Shown here: positions 31,936-46,227 of the stretch, piece by piece
How positions within the stretch are numbered: the stretch's first letter is position 1
Layout: each line of letters starts with the position of its first letter
Origin: the human T2T-CHM13v2.0 reference genome, Homo sapiens
NCBI RefSeq assembly: GCF_009914755.1
Contig: NC_060928.1
Length of the DNA: 64,000 nt
Direction: 5' to 3' (one strand)
The notes under the pieces: model-generated
The model's input: only the letters and a program-made list of their open reading frames with translations
Told to the model about the DNA's origin: nothing
Databases searched by the model: none
Translations under genes and position numbers: made by a program

Positions 31936-33039
31936 CAGCCCCGAATGCTTCTTTCTTACACCTCAACTCCAAGTACTTTTTAAATCACATACGGACTCCT
32001 GTTTCCTTGATGCCATGATCTTCTTTTAGTAGTTCAGTGTTTTTTCTCATCTCACTAGAGGTACTCTCAGGATATGCCTTATGGTCCTTGATCAATACCA
32101 TTGTCTATGTTGTATTCCTCCCTTTTTCTCATCTTTCCAGGAAAATTTCAACCCTGGGTTCGTACTACCAAATTTCTGGGGCTGAGAGAATTTGAATAAA
32201 ACAGGTTAGCCCTCAATATTGGTACTACAGCCAAAATAATATTCTCCAACCTCAAATGGGACCTCAGCATTGCAGGATAATTATTTTACTCATTTTTAAT
32301 CTTTACTTCTTCAGTTCCCCATAACACTAACCCTTCACTTTTCCTCATCTCTCAACAGAGGACTTTACTTTCCTGCTCCCTATTTCAAAGCAACTGGGGC
32401 TTTTAAGAGTCAGTTTCGTCACTCTTCTTCTCAAATGTCCTGATATCAGAACGTTTCCTAATCCCAAATAAAAAGATGTTAGGTAGCACTAGCTTTTAGC
32501 TCAGTAACCAGTCACACTTTTGTGCTTATTTAAGACATAGATGCCACATTTTCTTTGTTTTTTAATTCTCATGTTTTAGTCTCTTAGCCTAAGAGTGTTT
32601 ATCTTAAAGACATTCAGAAAAATAACTGGAAAAGCCACATCCTAAATCTGAGATTTCCTCACTTTAATCAATTCAGAAGTTTTAATTTTTTTAAATCAAA
32701 AATCTTTTAATTGCATCTCTCCAAGCAGTAAATTTTCTGGAAATATAAACAAAACTAAATTTCTGAACTCTATTCACTCTTATTATGCTTATAAGCCAGA
32801 CAGATTTTGTCCATTTTGGTTTTTTCTTATAATGACTTAACCAAATAGAGCACAGAGTCTACACTCAAGATTAGCTTTCTCTTTTGCTACTCTCTCCTTG
32901 GTAGGAATGCACCTGCCCTCCAAGCCATTGCAAACAACATTTTCACAAAATGTTTGCCACTCCCTGACGTGGTCACAATCTTTTCTGTCTGCTATGTCAG
33001 TTTCCTCAGTGACTTGGCCAAACTACTTATGTAATATAT

Positions 33040-34260
33040 TTCAGATTCCAGTTATTGCAGCCTCCCTACTTACGTAAGACTCTTGGTTGACAGTTTTTTT
33101 TTTTTTTGTAATTTTTATTACCACTGTAAATATGTAAGCTTCTTGGATGTGTAGATGAATTTTGGAAGTTTTCAATTATTATATCTTCAAATGTTTTGTC
33201 GGTTGCTTTGTCTCCCCACCTCCCCTGATTCTCTTATTATGCATATGTTAGTGCACTAATGGTATCTCACAAGTCTCAGCCTTTGATTATTTTTCTTTTT
33301 TTCTGTTTTTATTATTGCATTACCTCTATGAATCTATACTCAAATTTGGTAATTCTTTCTTCTGCTAGCTCAAATATGCTCTTGAGCCCCTCTAGTTTAT
33401 TTTTCATTTTGCTTATTTTATTTTCATCTTCAGAATTCTTATTTGGTTCTTTTTTACAATTTATTTTTCTTTTTGAAGTTATCTATTTGATGAGACATCA
33501 TTATTTCTTTTAAAATGGCTTCTTTTAGTTTTGTAAATATATTTATTAAAGTATTTTGAATCTTTGTCTGTTAAGTCCAACATCTGGGCCTTCTTTAAGA
33601 CTATTTCTCTTCCTTCATCACACCTTGGCAGTTCATTGCATGTCTTATAATTTTTTTTAATTGAAAATTGAACATTTAGATAGTATAGTATAGAAATTCT
33701 GGATACAGACCTCCTTTTCCCCTCAACCTCTGGCACTGATTGTTATTGTTGTTTTTTGTTTGTTTAATAAGTTGACCAGACCAGTTCAGTGAAATCTACT
33801 TTTCTTGAAGGTGAATGCTTCTATCATCTCACCTCAATTATTTTCATTATATTTATCTTTAAAACTGGATACTTAGGTGTCACCCTTATGGTCAGTCCTA
33901 TTTAGTAGTCAACTACTGTTGGTCAGGTGTGAATAAGTCTTCTGAACCACTAAGGTTTTTGTCTTTTACCATTAAATTTTTGTGTAGTTTGGAGACTATT
34001 ATCATGATTCAGGGAGTTTTCAAGGTTGCCCTATGGTAGCCAGAAACTTGCAGCTCAGAAATTGCAGATCCCTCTCTGGTTGCTCCTCAGAGGGCATGCC
34101 CAGAGTGTCCTGACCACCAGAATTACTTTTGGTTTTAGCCAGCCTCTCTTTGACTATCTCTTTCCTTGATCTTACCATTAAGCTTCTTACTGGTCTGTGT
34201 TATTGGTATCACAGCCAGTGGTTATCCTCCCCAAAATGCTTACACTGCCATTCCCAAAGT
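33040..34260 (-). mobile_element. Old L1M 5'/ORF1-region fragment
   Basis: agcttcttggatgtgtagat...ttggaagttttcaattattatatcttcaaat...tctttgtctgttaagtccaacatctgggcc. Confidence 0.7.
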
Positions 34261-34399
34261 CCCAACTCTGATCTCATTATATTTTATTTAAAATTTCGTT
34301 CTATATTATTAATATAATTAACTAACTCTGCCATATCTAGATAACCAAGCAATAAACTGTGTAAGTTTTCCAAGATTTTCTAGATTTTCTTTACCTCCA

Positions 34400-35545
34400 T
34401 ATCTAATTAATGACTAGTTCCTGCCAATTTTACCTCTTGGATATGTTTCAGATCTCTCTTCCTCCCTAGTCCCACTACCACCATTCTACCTAAGACTATC
34501 ATAGGTGGTCTTGATGCATTCATTCTTGGCCACCTTTAAATTATCTCTCCTTCCCACTCCATTCAGAACAGCTAATGTAAAATGTGAATCACTATAATCA
34601 CAAAACCTACTAAACACATTTTAAGGGCTTTCCCTTTCCTATTGAATGAACTACTAAATTCTGTCATAATTTTATGGCCCCATGTGTGAAGATTTTGTCT
34701 TCTCACTCATTGTCTTGTTTTTTATTTTCTGATAATGAAAATGAAATGTCTGTGTTTTCCACTGAGTCCATTTATTTTACATTTTCATTGTGTTATACAG
34801 ATTGTTCCTTTGCCTGGAATTTCTCTCCATCTTCCTTTTTTAGATAATTTGTACTCATTCTTCAAGACTCAATTCAGGCATTGCACTCCCCAGAGAGGCA
34901 TTTCAGAATCCTCAGATTGAGCTAAGGCCCCCTTTTATATCCTTTGCGTCCTCATTGAGCTCTTCTTTATCAGCAACTGAATTTGATTATTTGTGAAGGT
35001 TCTTTCTGCCATACTCCAAGTTCCCTGAGGCAGGAGCTATTTTCCCTGCCTTCAACCACTTGATGCCTTCTTATGGTTTTAAGTTTGGATACTGAGATTC
35101 TTAAAATGACCTAGAAGTCTCTGAGTAATCCATATCATCTCTTTGCTTCGGGCCTTTGCAGATGCTGTTCTTCAGTTTAGAATGGCCTCCCACACTCTGC
35201 TCTCCCATCCCTAAACACACACATTCCTTCTCCTTGTTAACTTGAACTCCCTTCTGCTTTCACTTCAAATGCCACTTTTTCAGAGAAAGCTTCTTCAAAA
35301 CTAAAATTATATTAACTCTCTCATTTATATACCCCAAGACACCCCTTTTACTGTTTCTTCATATTAGTTTGTAATTACACATTTACTGATTATTTGATTA
35401 ATGCCTCCCTCCCAACCAGGATGATGTTAAGTCGCTGCTAGCAAGGGTTATATTTATTGTGATGTTTCTGTTACCCCTCATGCTTGGCACAATGCTTGGC
35501 ACTTAGAGCACATGCAATAAAGAAACATGTTGAATACGTTTATAA
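34400..35545 (+). mobile_element. L2 fragments
   Basis: gttcctttgcctggaat...tcattcttcaagactcaattcagg; cacaatgcttggcacttagagcacatgcaataa...gttgaat. Confidence 0.65.
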
Positions 35546-35869
35546 ATTGCTGGCACTTTTATGATTACACCAAAGCTTAATTCAAACAGCCTGGCTTTAA
35601 ACTATGCTTTCTGGACTGAAATTACTACTGCAAGATTGATATTCGTAAATATTTAACAGTGAAAATAAAAGTATTAGAAAATGTACAAAACAAGTCATAT
35701 TCATAGTTCAGTTTTCAACTGAATTATTTTTATTTATAACAAGGCATATTTAATGAATTAAATATTTGGGGTCTGTCAATTAGAGAGAATAGTCTTAGAT
35801 TTCTACAAGTGTATACAAATGTCTATTTTCCTTTTGCTCAGCAGGAACTTGCTTGTGACGTTTTGGTTG

Positions 35870-36135
35870 GAGCCTTCTCCCCTTACCTGTCACATTCGTA
35901 GTAAATCAACCTGGTCCAGATGGGTTCTCTTTATGTGTAGAAACTACCTCTATCACCTCACTCACTTGAATACATGAGATTACTTGTTTACATGCTTGTC
36001 TCCTGTGCTGGAGTAGGGGCTCTTTCAGGAAGCAACTTTATTATCTTAATCTTTTTATCTTTGGCATCTATTACAGTGTCTGGCACAAGTAGGTTTTCAA
36101 TTAATATTCGTTCAATATATAAATGAATCAACTAA
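35870..36135 (+). mobile_element. L2 3' end
   Basis: acagtgtctggcacaagtaggttttcaattaatattcgttcaat. Confidence 0.6.
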
Positions 36136-38659
36136 TGAGGGTCTCAGAATCACTAAATGCTTTTCATAATTGAAATTATGGTAAATAGTCAAGTCTAGAA
36201 TCACTTCCTTTGAAAAAGCCTTTTTCTTCACAATAAATAATTCCAACAACTAATATATTTGCTAATTTTCTTTCTGCTTGGTGTATTTTATGCTTCTACT
36301 TTTAATCTATTTATCATTTATTCATGTGTCTGCTTTAGTGTGCTATCTTCTCCTGTGGGAAATTTTTACTGATTTTTGAAAATAGCCCTAAGTCTTAAAA
36401 TTTTTCATTAGGATAATTTCGTACAGTTATGAAAATGTGGTTCCAAGTACATAAGAATAACTGTTCTTGATTTCTATTCAGCAACTTCTTTTGGAGTCTC
36501 TGAAACACTTAATAAAGGAAAAAAGAAATTCTCAGTTTTGTGATCTATTCTTGAAATGGTTATTCTTGTCAAAACAACAAAAACTGTAATTATACAGTAA
36601 AATATAATAGAAAATAACTGCATACAATCATATAATATTTTAAATTAAAAATTTTGTTATTACTGTAAGGACATTTCACTTGTTTTATAATGTGGGTGAG
36701 CAAGTGCATGGGTGTAGATTATTATTATATTTCTTTTCCAGGTTGGACTGATTTACTGCTTGCCAATAGGTCGGCCCTTGTTCTGTATTTATTACCAAAG
36801 TAGACTTTGTTTAATGTACTATCTAGTATGCAAATATACTATTGACTAATTGAGTGATGTTGATGACACACATGATACAGGCAGAATTCTTAACTTCAGG
36901 TCAGATTTTAAAGTATCTTTAAAGCCCCTGAAATTGATCACACAGTATATTTTTGACATTGACATACTTTGGGGAAGAGTGGCCTTAGAGTCAAAAATCA
37001 GCAATTCTCCATCCCAATTCTCATAATCAACTCTTGCTACCCTTTTACTGGATGGATACAAAGGTTCCAATAAAAGTCTTAATTCTGGGATTTTTGCTTT
37101 AGCCAGCCTTGTTATACATTCCATTAACATAATGATTTTTGTTTACTCAAATTCTTTATTTGTCAGGGAATTTAAAAATTCTGTCCTTTAAAGGAGGCAT
37201 ATTCAAAATGCATTGATTATTTTATCTTTATTAACTACGTTTTTAATTTTTAAAAAATTTTTGGTAAACCTCAGCCTGTCAACTCAATGCAGTCTAATAA
37301 GTTAGTGGGTTTCTAATAAATAAGAAAGTGCTATTAATCATCAGAGATGGTAGCACACAAACTAGAAGATACTGAGAGGGTGCTAATCATATAGCACATG
37401 GCACCCTACAAGCCCACTAACATGAAAAGCTTTCTCAGACTGAATGTTAATTTTCATTTCTTCTAGTGTAGGTATGTAAAGAGAAGCACTGAAGAGACAC
37501 TAACATTGTTGGAGCACTGCAGAACACTATGAGACAAAAAACACACCATAAGCAAAAAGGGTAAAAACAACATGTCTCAATGGTTACCTCTGTGCAACCA
37601 ATTGCAGAGGCTGTCTTGTAATTGTAAAAGAAAAATGTAAGCAAAACAAAACAAAAACATAGCAGCTTAATCATTTCCCCAATAAGATTATGTTTAATTC
37701 AAATAAATAAACCAAAAGATTTAAAGACAGAACATAAAAAGCTTGCTTATAAAGCTATTTCCCGTGCTCTGCTGGTTCACATTTTCAGTGAGGGACCTGT
37801 CACATTACACAGATGTCCTGATGTAATGACATCTTTGATAACATGAACAAGTGCAAGCAGAAATACAGCAACAGCAGCAAAGTGACTGCTTTACACTGCA
37901 CTTCGGGCATTACAATCAACTTCTCATGCGAATTTTTTCTGCATCTAGTCCGAATGCCATTCCAAGAAGCTGCTCATTTGAACATCTATGCCACCAGTGG
38001 GTGTACTTAATATGGTCTGGATTTCAGTGACCATGGCAGAATGGAGGCTCAACACTGCCCAATGTCAAAATGTGTTTTCTAGCCCTATGTCAGAGTGCTT
38101 TAGCCCTGCAACATTTGTAATTTCTGAACAATTCCCATAAAACCTAGGGGTTGTTGACCTGAGATAAACTCCCTGTGGCTAGCAATGTCATTCTCCCTCT
38201 CATTTCACTTTCCAGGTTGATAAAAATCAATACTTTCTCTCATAGAATTCTGACTTTCCAAGCAGCACTCAGGTTCATACGAAATGTGTGGAGCAGATAA
38301 AGGGACAAGAGCTGTTATTTTATGTTCCACTGCTATTTCCTAATTTCATCCAAGCAGAGGATAATGCTATAAATGCTATATGAAATAATTATTTTGAAAT
38401 GAATCAGTCTGGGAGCTTTTTTTGATAGAGTTAGGATAATTTTTAAAAATCGCTTATGATGACATTAACATCTAGCTTTATTCAAACTCTGTTAAAATAA
38501 AATCTTTGAACCTAATTCTCATTATTATCTCCCATACCTATGTTTGATTTCAATGATTGCTGCTTTATTCTTAATGAAAGCAAAGTTTATGGCTAGTGCA
38601 TGATTGAAATTTAAAAATAAATAAGCTAAAACAGACAAACAAACAAAACGTAGAGCTGT

Positions 38660-38985
<326 letters not shown>

Positions 38986-39202
38986 TTACTCTGTATCTCC
39001 CTGAAAAATCAGGAGAAATAGACATGCAAGAGATTCTTCTTATTCTTTTCCTTTTGGAAGAAGCTTGTCATGGGGTGTAGCTTTCCTGAAATTAATGTAA
39101 CTAGTCATTCTGAAAATGGTTTAATTTCCCATTGTCTGGGCTGGCAAAAACTAATTCAATCTGCTCCATATGATGAGTCCACTTCCATGCCATGCTCTCA
39201 GC

Positions 39203-39422
39203 CAAGAGTTGGCAAACTCTCTGTAGAGCCAGAGTGTAAATATTTTAGACTTTGTGAGCCATATGTTCTCTGTTTCAAGTACTCAACTTCTGCCATTGTA
39301 GAGTAAAAGCAGCCATAGATAACAGTAAATGAGTAAGTGTGGCTGTAGTCTAACAAAACTTTACTCACCAAATCAGGAAGTGGGCCAGACTTGACCCACA
39401 GACCATAGTTTACCAACCTCTG
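39203..39422 (+). mobile_element. MER58A hAT-Charlie DNA transposon
   Basis: TIRs caagagttggcaaact / agtttaccaacctctg; 8-bp TSD ctctcagc/ctctaagc. Confidence 0.88.
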
Positions 39423-41269
39423 CTCTAAGCGCATGATTCTTGAACTTCGTTTCACACCAGAATTACCTGGGAAGCTTGATCCAGTTCTGTATTGAGGTTC
39501 CACTTTATAACTAAACATTTTAAAAACTGTTATCTTTGTGCTACATAAATATAATATATATATATGTATGCAGTATTGATGTATTTAATACACAATTTAG
39601 ACAATTCTCTGATGGCCCTAAAAGTATACATCATTACTACAGGACATATGATTCTTGAAAATTTTATTCCATGCTTCCTAGATGAGGTAATCGATTGTTG
39701 TCTTTCCATAATCCTTAGGAAATATTCTTACAGTTTTTCACTAGAAAACACTCAAAGTGTTTTCACTTAATGTGATTGAAAAAAAATCAAGGATCATATT
39801 TCTACAATGACTGTGCTTTAATTGGATTCTTTTATTAATGTGAACTGCAACTTCTAAATAAACCAATGTGAGGTTCTTGAGAATCTAGGGAACTACCTGT
39901 GTGTAAAGTGGAGGTAATTAATCTATTCTGCTCCAGTATACACAAGAAAAGCTATTAAACTACCAAAGCCTGTGAAATGGTAGCACTCAGAAGGGCAGGT
40001 GGAAAGCAAGTGTAGCATTTGCACAATGAAGGAAAACACAGTTAACCCAAAGGAAGCCTAAGAACTGGACCCCAATTCCAGAAAGTATTTGGTATAAAAA
40101 CAGAACTCCATAGGGACACACACCACGTTTTCCTTCTTTACTGTTATATTGTCACCATGCCTGGCACCAGAGTAGACAGTCACTAAATAAGTATTGATTG
40201 ACTGTCTGACCTGGTTGCAACTAGGATAGAAATTTTAACAAAAAATAAATCATAGGCTTTATTTTTACCTATGACACAAAAAAATTTAGCATTTATAAAG
40301 ACATCACTGAAATACATTTCCATCCATGTAATGGAGTTAAATGCCCAGTGCCCTCAGAGTTTCAAGGCATACGCCATTACCTAAGGTACTTAACTCATGC
40401 AACTCAGAAATCCAGATTGTTCTATGAAAGTTCATTTTCAGTAAGTAAGAGAATTTTTCACTGGCATTTCATCTTGTTTCTATGTCTAAGGAAATCTTTT
40501 ATAATTGGTGACCAAAGTGCAGTACTTACTTTATTTATATGATTGTGTTTTGACTGATTTCATTATTTTTACATATACACTAGATATTTTATTTCTAGTT
40601 AATTGACTAGCCTTATACTATCAAAACTGTAAACAAGGCATTACTTAAGAAGTAGAAAAAATAATATAAAATAAAGAAACTTTCCTTTGCTAAAGTATGG
40701 CATATGGCTAATCATAATTTTAATGCAGATATTATAATTATCATTTTCAAAAAATAGATTTCCTTAAGCAAGCAAAATAATGACCTTACAGGCTGCTCAA
40801 AGCAAATTTGAAAAGAGGAAAAAATGTTCTCCCTTTTAAGCCTTTTTTGTTCCTAAGAAGCTGAAGATAATAAAAGCCTATGAACTAACGCACACTGAAA
40901 ATCCAAAGAGAAGTGATCTTTTGAGAAAGTAAATCTGTTTCTTAATGCTGTTTCTTAACTCTAAACCGAGTATTATAAAATAGAAATGGCAAGAATACAT
41001 TTTCTCATCATAGAGCATGTCCACTCCAGACCCACTTATTTCCTTTACATTCCCAGGCAACTTCCAGGATCCTCCAAAGGGAAGATTCTGGAAAAGACTG
41101 GGACATAATTTTCATTAGGAATTCCCTGTGAGTTCATTTGGAGATACATATGCATGCATTCTGGGGTGTGTGTGTGTGTGTGTGTGTGCACGTGTGTGTA
41201 TGTTTGTGTGTTCTATTGCATACTATAGTAGAATGATCTCCAGAATAGATTGCAAATATATTTTCATTT

Positions 41270-41672
41270 TCTTTTTTGATAAACAGCAGTATATTATAAA
41301 TCCCATTTTTCTTCTGTTTTTACTTAATATGTCTCTGACATCACCCCAGTAGTGCATAGAGATAGTTCTCATTCCTTTTTAAAGCTGTGCAGCATTCCAT
41401 AATGTGAATATATAACACTTTATTCAAAATTTGGGGAAATAGTACCTTGTACATACATAATTTCACATGTTTGCCAGTGTGTGTTTTAGATACATGCCTG
41501 GAAGTGAAATTGCAGGTAGCCTGCATATGTTAATTTTGCTAGGTATTACCAAACCAGCTATATCCAAGAATGATTGCTTTCTCAAAGCCTTGCCAAAAGA
41601 ATATGGACATTTTAATGTAGTTTTAACTGGTAATTCTCATATTATGTGAAGGTGGAGCATCTTCTTAAGTTA
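41270..41672 (-). mobile_element. L1ME-like 3' fragment, host of the THE1 insertion; resumes at ~43588-43612
   Basis: ctcattcctttttaaagctgtgcagcattccataatgtgaatatata...cctggaagtgaaattgc. Confidence 0.65.
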
Positions 41673-41887
41673 GTGTCTGTATTAGTCTATCCTCATGCTG
41701 CTAATAAAGACATACACAAGACTAGGGAATTTATAAATAAAAGACATTTAATTGATTCACAGTTCCATATGGTTGTGGAGGCCTCACAATCATTGTGGAA
41801 GGCAAAAGAAGAGCAAAGGGACTTCTTACATGGTGGAAGGCAAGAGAGCTTGTACAGGGGAACTCCCATATATGAAACCATCAGATC

Positions 41888-42128
41888 ACTTCAGATCATA
41901 TGACCTTAGTGTTTTTGGCTAAACATACTGAATACTACTTGCATGCAGAAGAGAATTAGTTGATTACATGTTTCAACCTCTTAGGGTGATAAATACATGT
42001 ATAATTGTTTACATACTTGAAAGGAAAAAGTTGAGTAAATTTCTTGTCATACAGTGGCTCTATGTAATGTAGCTTGTATTAATGTGAAATACTTACCAGA
42101 ATATTCAAAAAAGGATGAACAGAGAAAG
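41888..42128 (+). pseudogene. TSD-flanked non-repeat insert, putative 5'-truncated retrocopy of an mRNA 3' end
   Basis: Interrupts the THE1 LTR; ~14-bp TSD gaaaccatcagatc / aaaaacattagatc; A-rich 3' end. Confidence 0.6.
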
Positions 42129-42661
42129 AAAAACATTAGATCTTGTGAGACTTATTCACTATTGTGAGAAAAGCATGGGAAAGACTTGTCCCCAGGATTC
42201 AATTACCTCCCACCAGGTCACCCTCATGACACGTGGGAATAACAGGAACTGTAATCCAAGATAAGATTTTGGTGGGAATACAGCTAAATCATATCATTAC
42301 ACCCCTGGCCACTCCCAAATCTCATATCTTCACACTTCAAAACCAATCATGCCTTCCTAACAGTTTCTCAAAGTCTAAACTCATTTCAGCATTAACTCAA
42401 AAGTCCACAGTCCAAAGTCTCAGATAAGACAAGGCAAGTCCCTTCCACCTATGAGCCTGTAAAAGCAAAAATAAGTTAGCTTCTTCCTAGATACACTGGG
42501 GGTAAAGACATTGGGTAAATACACCCATTCCAAAAGGGAGAAATTGGCCAGAACAAAGGGGCTACAGCCCCCATATAAGGGCAAAATCCAGTAGGGCAGT
42601 CATTAAACCTTAAAGTACCAAAATAATGTTATGTATTCACAAAGATATGCTTTGGAATTGA

Positions 42662-42810
<149 letters not shown>

Positions 42811-43659
42811 TTGAATGCTTTTAATAGTACCCAAGTCACATCTTGAACACTTTGCTGGTTAGAAATTTCTTCCACCAGATACCCTAAATCAGAAACAAAT
42901 CTTTAGGGCAGGGGCAAAATGCTGCCAGTCTCTTTGCTAAAATGTAACAAGAGTCACCTTTGTTTCAGTTCCCAACAACTTCCTCATCTCCATCTGAGAC
43001 CACCTCAACCTAGACTTCATTGTCCATATCACTATCAGCATTTTAGTCAAAGTCATTCAACAAATCTCTATAGGAAATTCCAAACTTTCCCACATTTTCC
43101 TATCCTCTTCTGAGCCCTCCAAACTGTTCTAACCTCTTCCTGTTACCAAGTTCCAAAGTCACTTCCATATTTTTGGATATCTTTACAGCAGTGCCCCACT
43201 TTACTGGTACCAATTTATGGTATTAGTCTGTTCTCACACTCCAAATAAAGACATACTTGAGACTGAGTAACTTATAGAGGAAAGAGGTTTAATTGACTCA
43301 CAGCTCCACATGGCTAGGGAGGCCTTACAGTCATGGGGAAAGGCAAAGGAGGAGCAAAGGGACTTCCTACATGGCATCAGGCAAGAGAGCTTGTGCAGGG
43401 GAACTCCCCTTTATAAAACCATCAGATCTTGTGAGACTTATTCACAATCATGAGAACAACATGAGAAAGACTCGCCCACGTGATTCTATTACCTCCAACC
43501 AGATATCTCCCATGACATGTGGGAATCATGGAAGCTGCAATTTAATATGAGATTTGGGTGGGGAGACAGCCAAACCATATCAGTGTCCCTTTGTATTTCT
43601 TTTTCTGTGAATTTCAGTAAGAAATTGCTCAGTGTAAAGTCAAATTCGCTAAAATGACT

Positions 43660-44105
43660 TAAAAGCTCCTATCTAACCCAGCCTCATTGACCTCATCATT
43701 CACTCTACTTCAGACACACTGGCATCCTTACGGTGCTTTGAATACAACAAACTCATGCACACCTCTGGGATTTTCTCTTCCTGATCTCTCCACCTAGTAT
43801 ACCTTTCCCAGATATCTCCGTGTTGCTCTCAACCTATATCTTTCAATTCTGTGCTCAACGACCACTTTCTGAAAAAGGTCTTTCTTAAAAGTCTTGTGTA
43901 AAATAGAAATTCAGCTCATCACTCTCACCCTGCTTCTTTCCTGTAACATTTGTCATCATCTGAAATATTATATGTGGGTTTTTCTTTTGTTATTTTCAAC
44001 AGACTCCAATGAGGGACTTTTGTTTTTTACTGCTGGATCTCCAGTACCTGCAAAGGTACTTGGCACAAAATAGGACTCTATACTTGTTAGCTGAATGAAC
44101 AAATA
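43660..44105 (+). mobile_element. L2 3' end
   Basis: cacactggcatcctt...tactgctggatctccagtacct...tggcacaaaatagg...tgaatgaac. Confidence 0.75.
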
Positions 44106-45834
44106 CATAATAAATATGGTTTCCTTAATTGATTAACAGCTGTTACTATAGAACATTCCACAGTGCTAATACTCCATTGAGGACTTTCCATTTATACAAC
44201 TGAGTTAAATGCTAGACAATGGCTTTCTTGTCTAAACTGAATAGGAAATGTATCAATATCTATTCTTCTTTGATTGTTGTCTAAGTAAAAGATGGCATTG
44301 ACTTAAGCCAGTTCTTTCCTGCCTCTCTTTACTTGTGTCCCAACTGCATGAGTTGGTAGCATCTAGAATGTAGTCCTTTATCTTTCTGCAAACTCAGCCA
44401 GACCCTGTGTGTTGTCCAGACAAGATACCCCTCAAAATTGCTCCCCTTTTCTTTTCCTCTTACCTTTAACATGTTCACTAGGATGGGCTAATAGGTACCA
44501 ATTTGTAAGCCATCTCCTGGATTCACATGAGACTCAAGAATTAAGGTGCTGAGAGGGTTTAGGGTTTTAGTTAGGGCTCAGGAGAAAACAATGTCTTAGA
44601 TAGCTCATTGCTGTCAAGGGCCAAAAGGGGTGAGTGCCAGCATGATTTTTAATCTTTAGCTTACAAAGTAAGTTCCTTGAGAGAAAATATTGTATTTATT
44701 TCAAAAAAATTACTTAATACCTAACATAGAACATTGTTAGTATATTGCACCTAATAGACTAATAGACACCTCCTATCTTTTTGTTGTTTGTATGATTATT
44801 CTATGAATGCTAAAGGAACACTTGTTTGTATCATGAGCATAAAATTCATTATTTCCTAGGTAACTTTTTCCCTCATAAGAGTAAAATATCATTAATCCCT
44901 AATATATAGCTAGATAAATCTTTCTGTGGCACCCAAATGTCACTTGTTTATATATTATTGTCATAACATAGAGTTCTGTAAGTTGTTACATGAGAAAAAA
45001 GCATCTCTTTTATGTGTACAACTTTCTTGTGCCAAATCAAATAATTTATATTCTTGTGGAGGTTAATAGGTGTTATAAGACTTCTCGACATAATTTATAA
45101 AAACATTGCTAAAACCCAGTAGCTCAGTGTGAATTCTTTGAACTCAATAACCACTTATCATTTTCCTAACTGAAAAAAATAAAAAAAAAAACATAAGTGC
45201 AGACAAGAACGAGAAGAGGTATATAGGTGAAGAGTTCATGTGGCTTGCTTTTTTGAAGTAAGGTTCCCAGTTAGTTGAGTTGTTTCATTCTCAAAACAAA
45301 AACATAATGTAATAAAGAATACAGGTCCATGTTCATATTTCATTATATTTCAAAAATCCAGTTCTTAGTCTCTATGGCAGTGATTTGAAGTAGCAAGTGA
45401 AAAGCACTCATGTATAAAGCATTTAACAAACTTCAACATAAAATCAGAAATGTGTATGTGTGTGTGTGTGTATATATGCATATATATGTAAATTTATTCC
45501 CTAAGAAATATATATATTTCTTCTCTAAGTTCTTAACCTAATTGCTGTTTTTGATGTTTTTTTATCAGATTTCATGTAACCAAGAGTAGCTCTGTTTACA
45601 GACCTTGCTTCTATAATCTGTAAGTTTTTAATTGACCTTACCTCAAAAATAAAAATGCATGCACAATAGCCAATTAATGCTGAACAATCAGTTGGCAATT
45701 ATATGTTTATCATTTTTCGCTTTGTATCAAAGTACCTCACTCAAAACCATCAAATCTGTTGATTAAGCTACTAGGAATCCAATCTAAAAGCTTTTTTATT
45801 TCTAAATAAGAAACTTTGTGAGTTAGATGGTATT

Positions 45835-46060
45835 TAGCAGGCAGCATGGTGTGGTAAAGTCCTAAGGCACTGAAGTGTGAGAATCGGAAAGAATTTGGTG
45901 TTAGCCATATTTGTTAGACCAGAATTAAAATTCCGGTTTTGGTATTCATTGCATGCTTTAACATTTCCACTTCTCAGTTTCATCTGTAAAATGAAGAGAA
46001 AGGCAGCTGGCTCATATAATCATTATCTCCTAAAGTAATACTTGGCATATAAGAAGGCTA
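45835..46060 (+). mobile_element. MIR
   Basis: ggcagcatggtgtggtaaag...ctcagtttcatctgtaaaatgaaga. Confidence 0.6.
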
Positions 46061-46227
46061 TCTATAGACAGAGATGAGCCAATTACATCCAAATTTGAGT
46101 AATTTGCTTTGTTTTAATTTAATGTTACCATTTTAATTTCAAGTCTTTAGTACTTTCTCCATGTTCTCTACTAGTTCTGTGATGTATAGAAACAAACACA
46201 GAGAAGACTCTATACATAAAGCATACC

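Larger units (their letters stand above)
29560..32450 (+). mobile_element. Degenerate L2 (ORF-region fragments) flanking the THE1 insertion
   Basis: CT-rich L2-like sequence on both sides of 30341-31935. Confidence 0.4.

Noticed and set aside
44554-44576. Telomere-like gggtttagggttttagttaggg
   Set aside because: Only two TTAGGG units; compatible with chance
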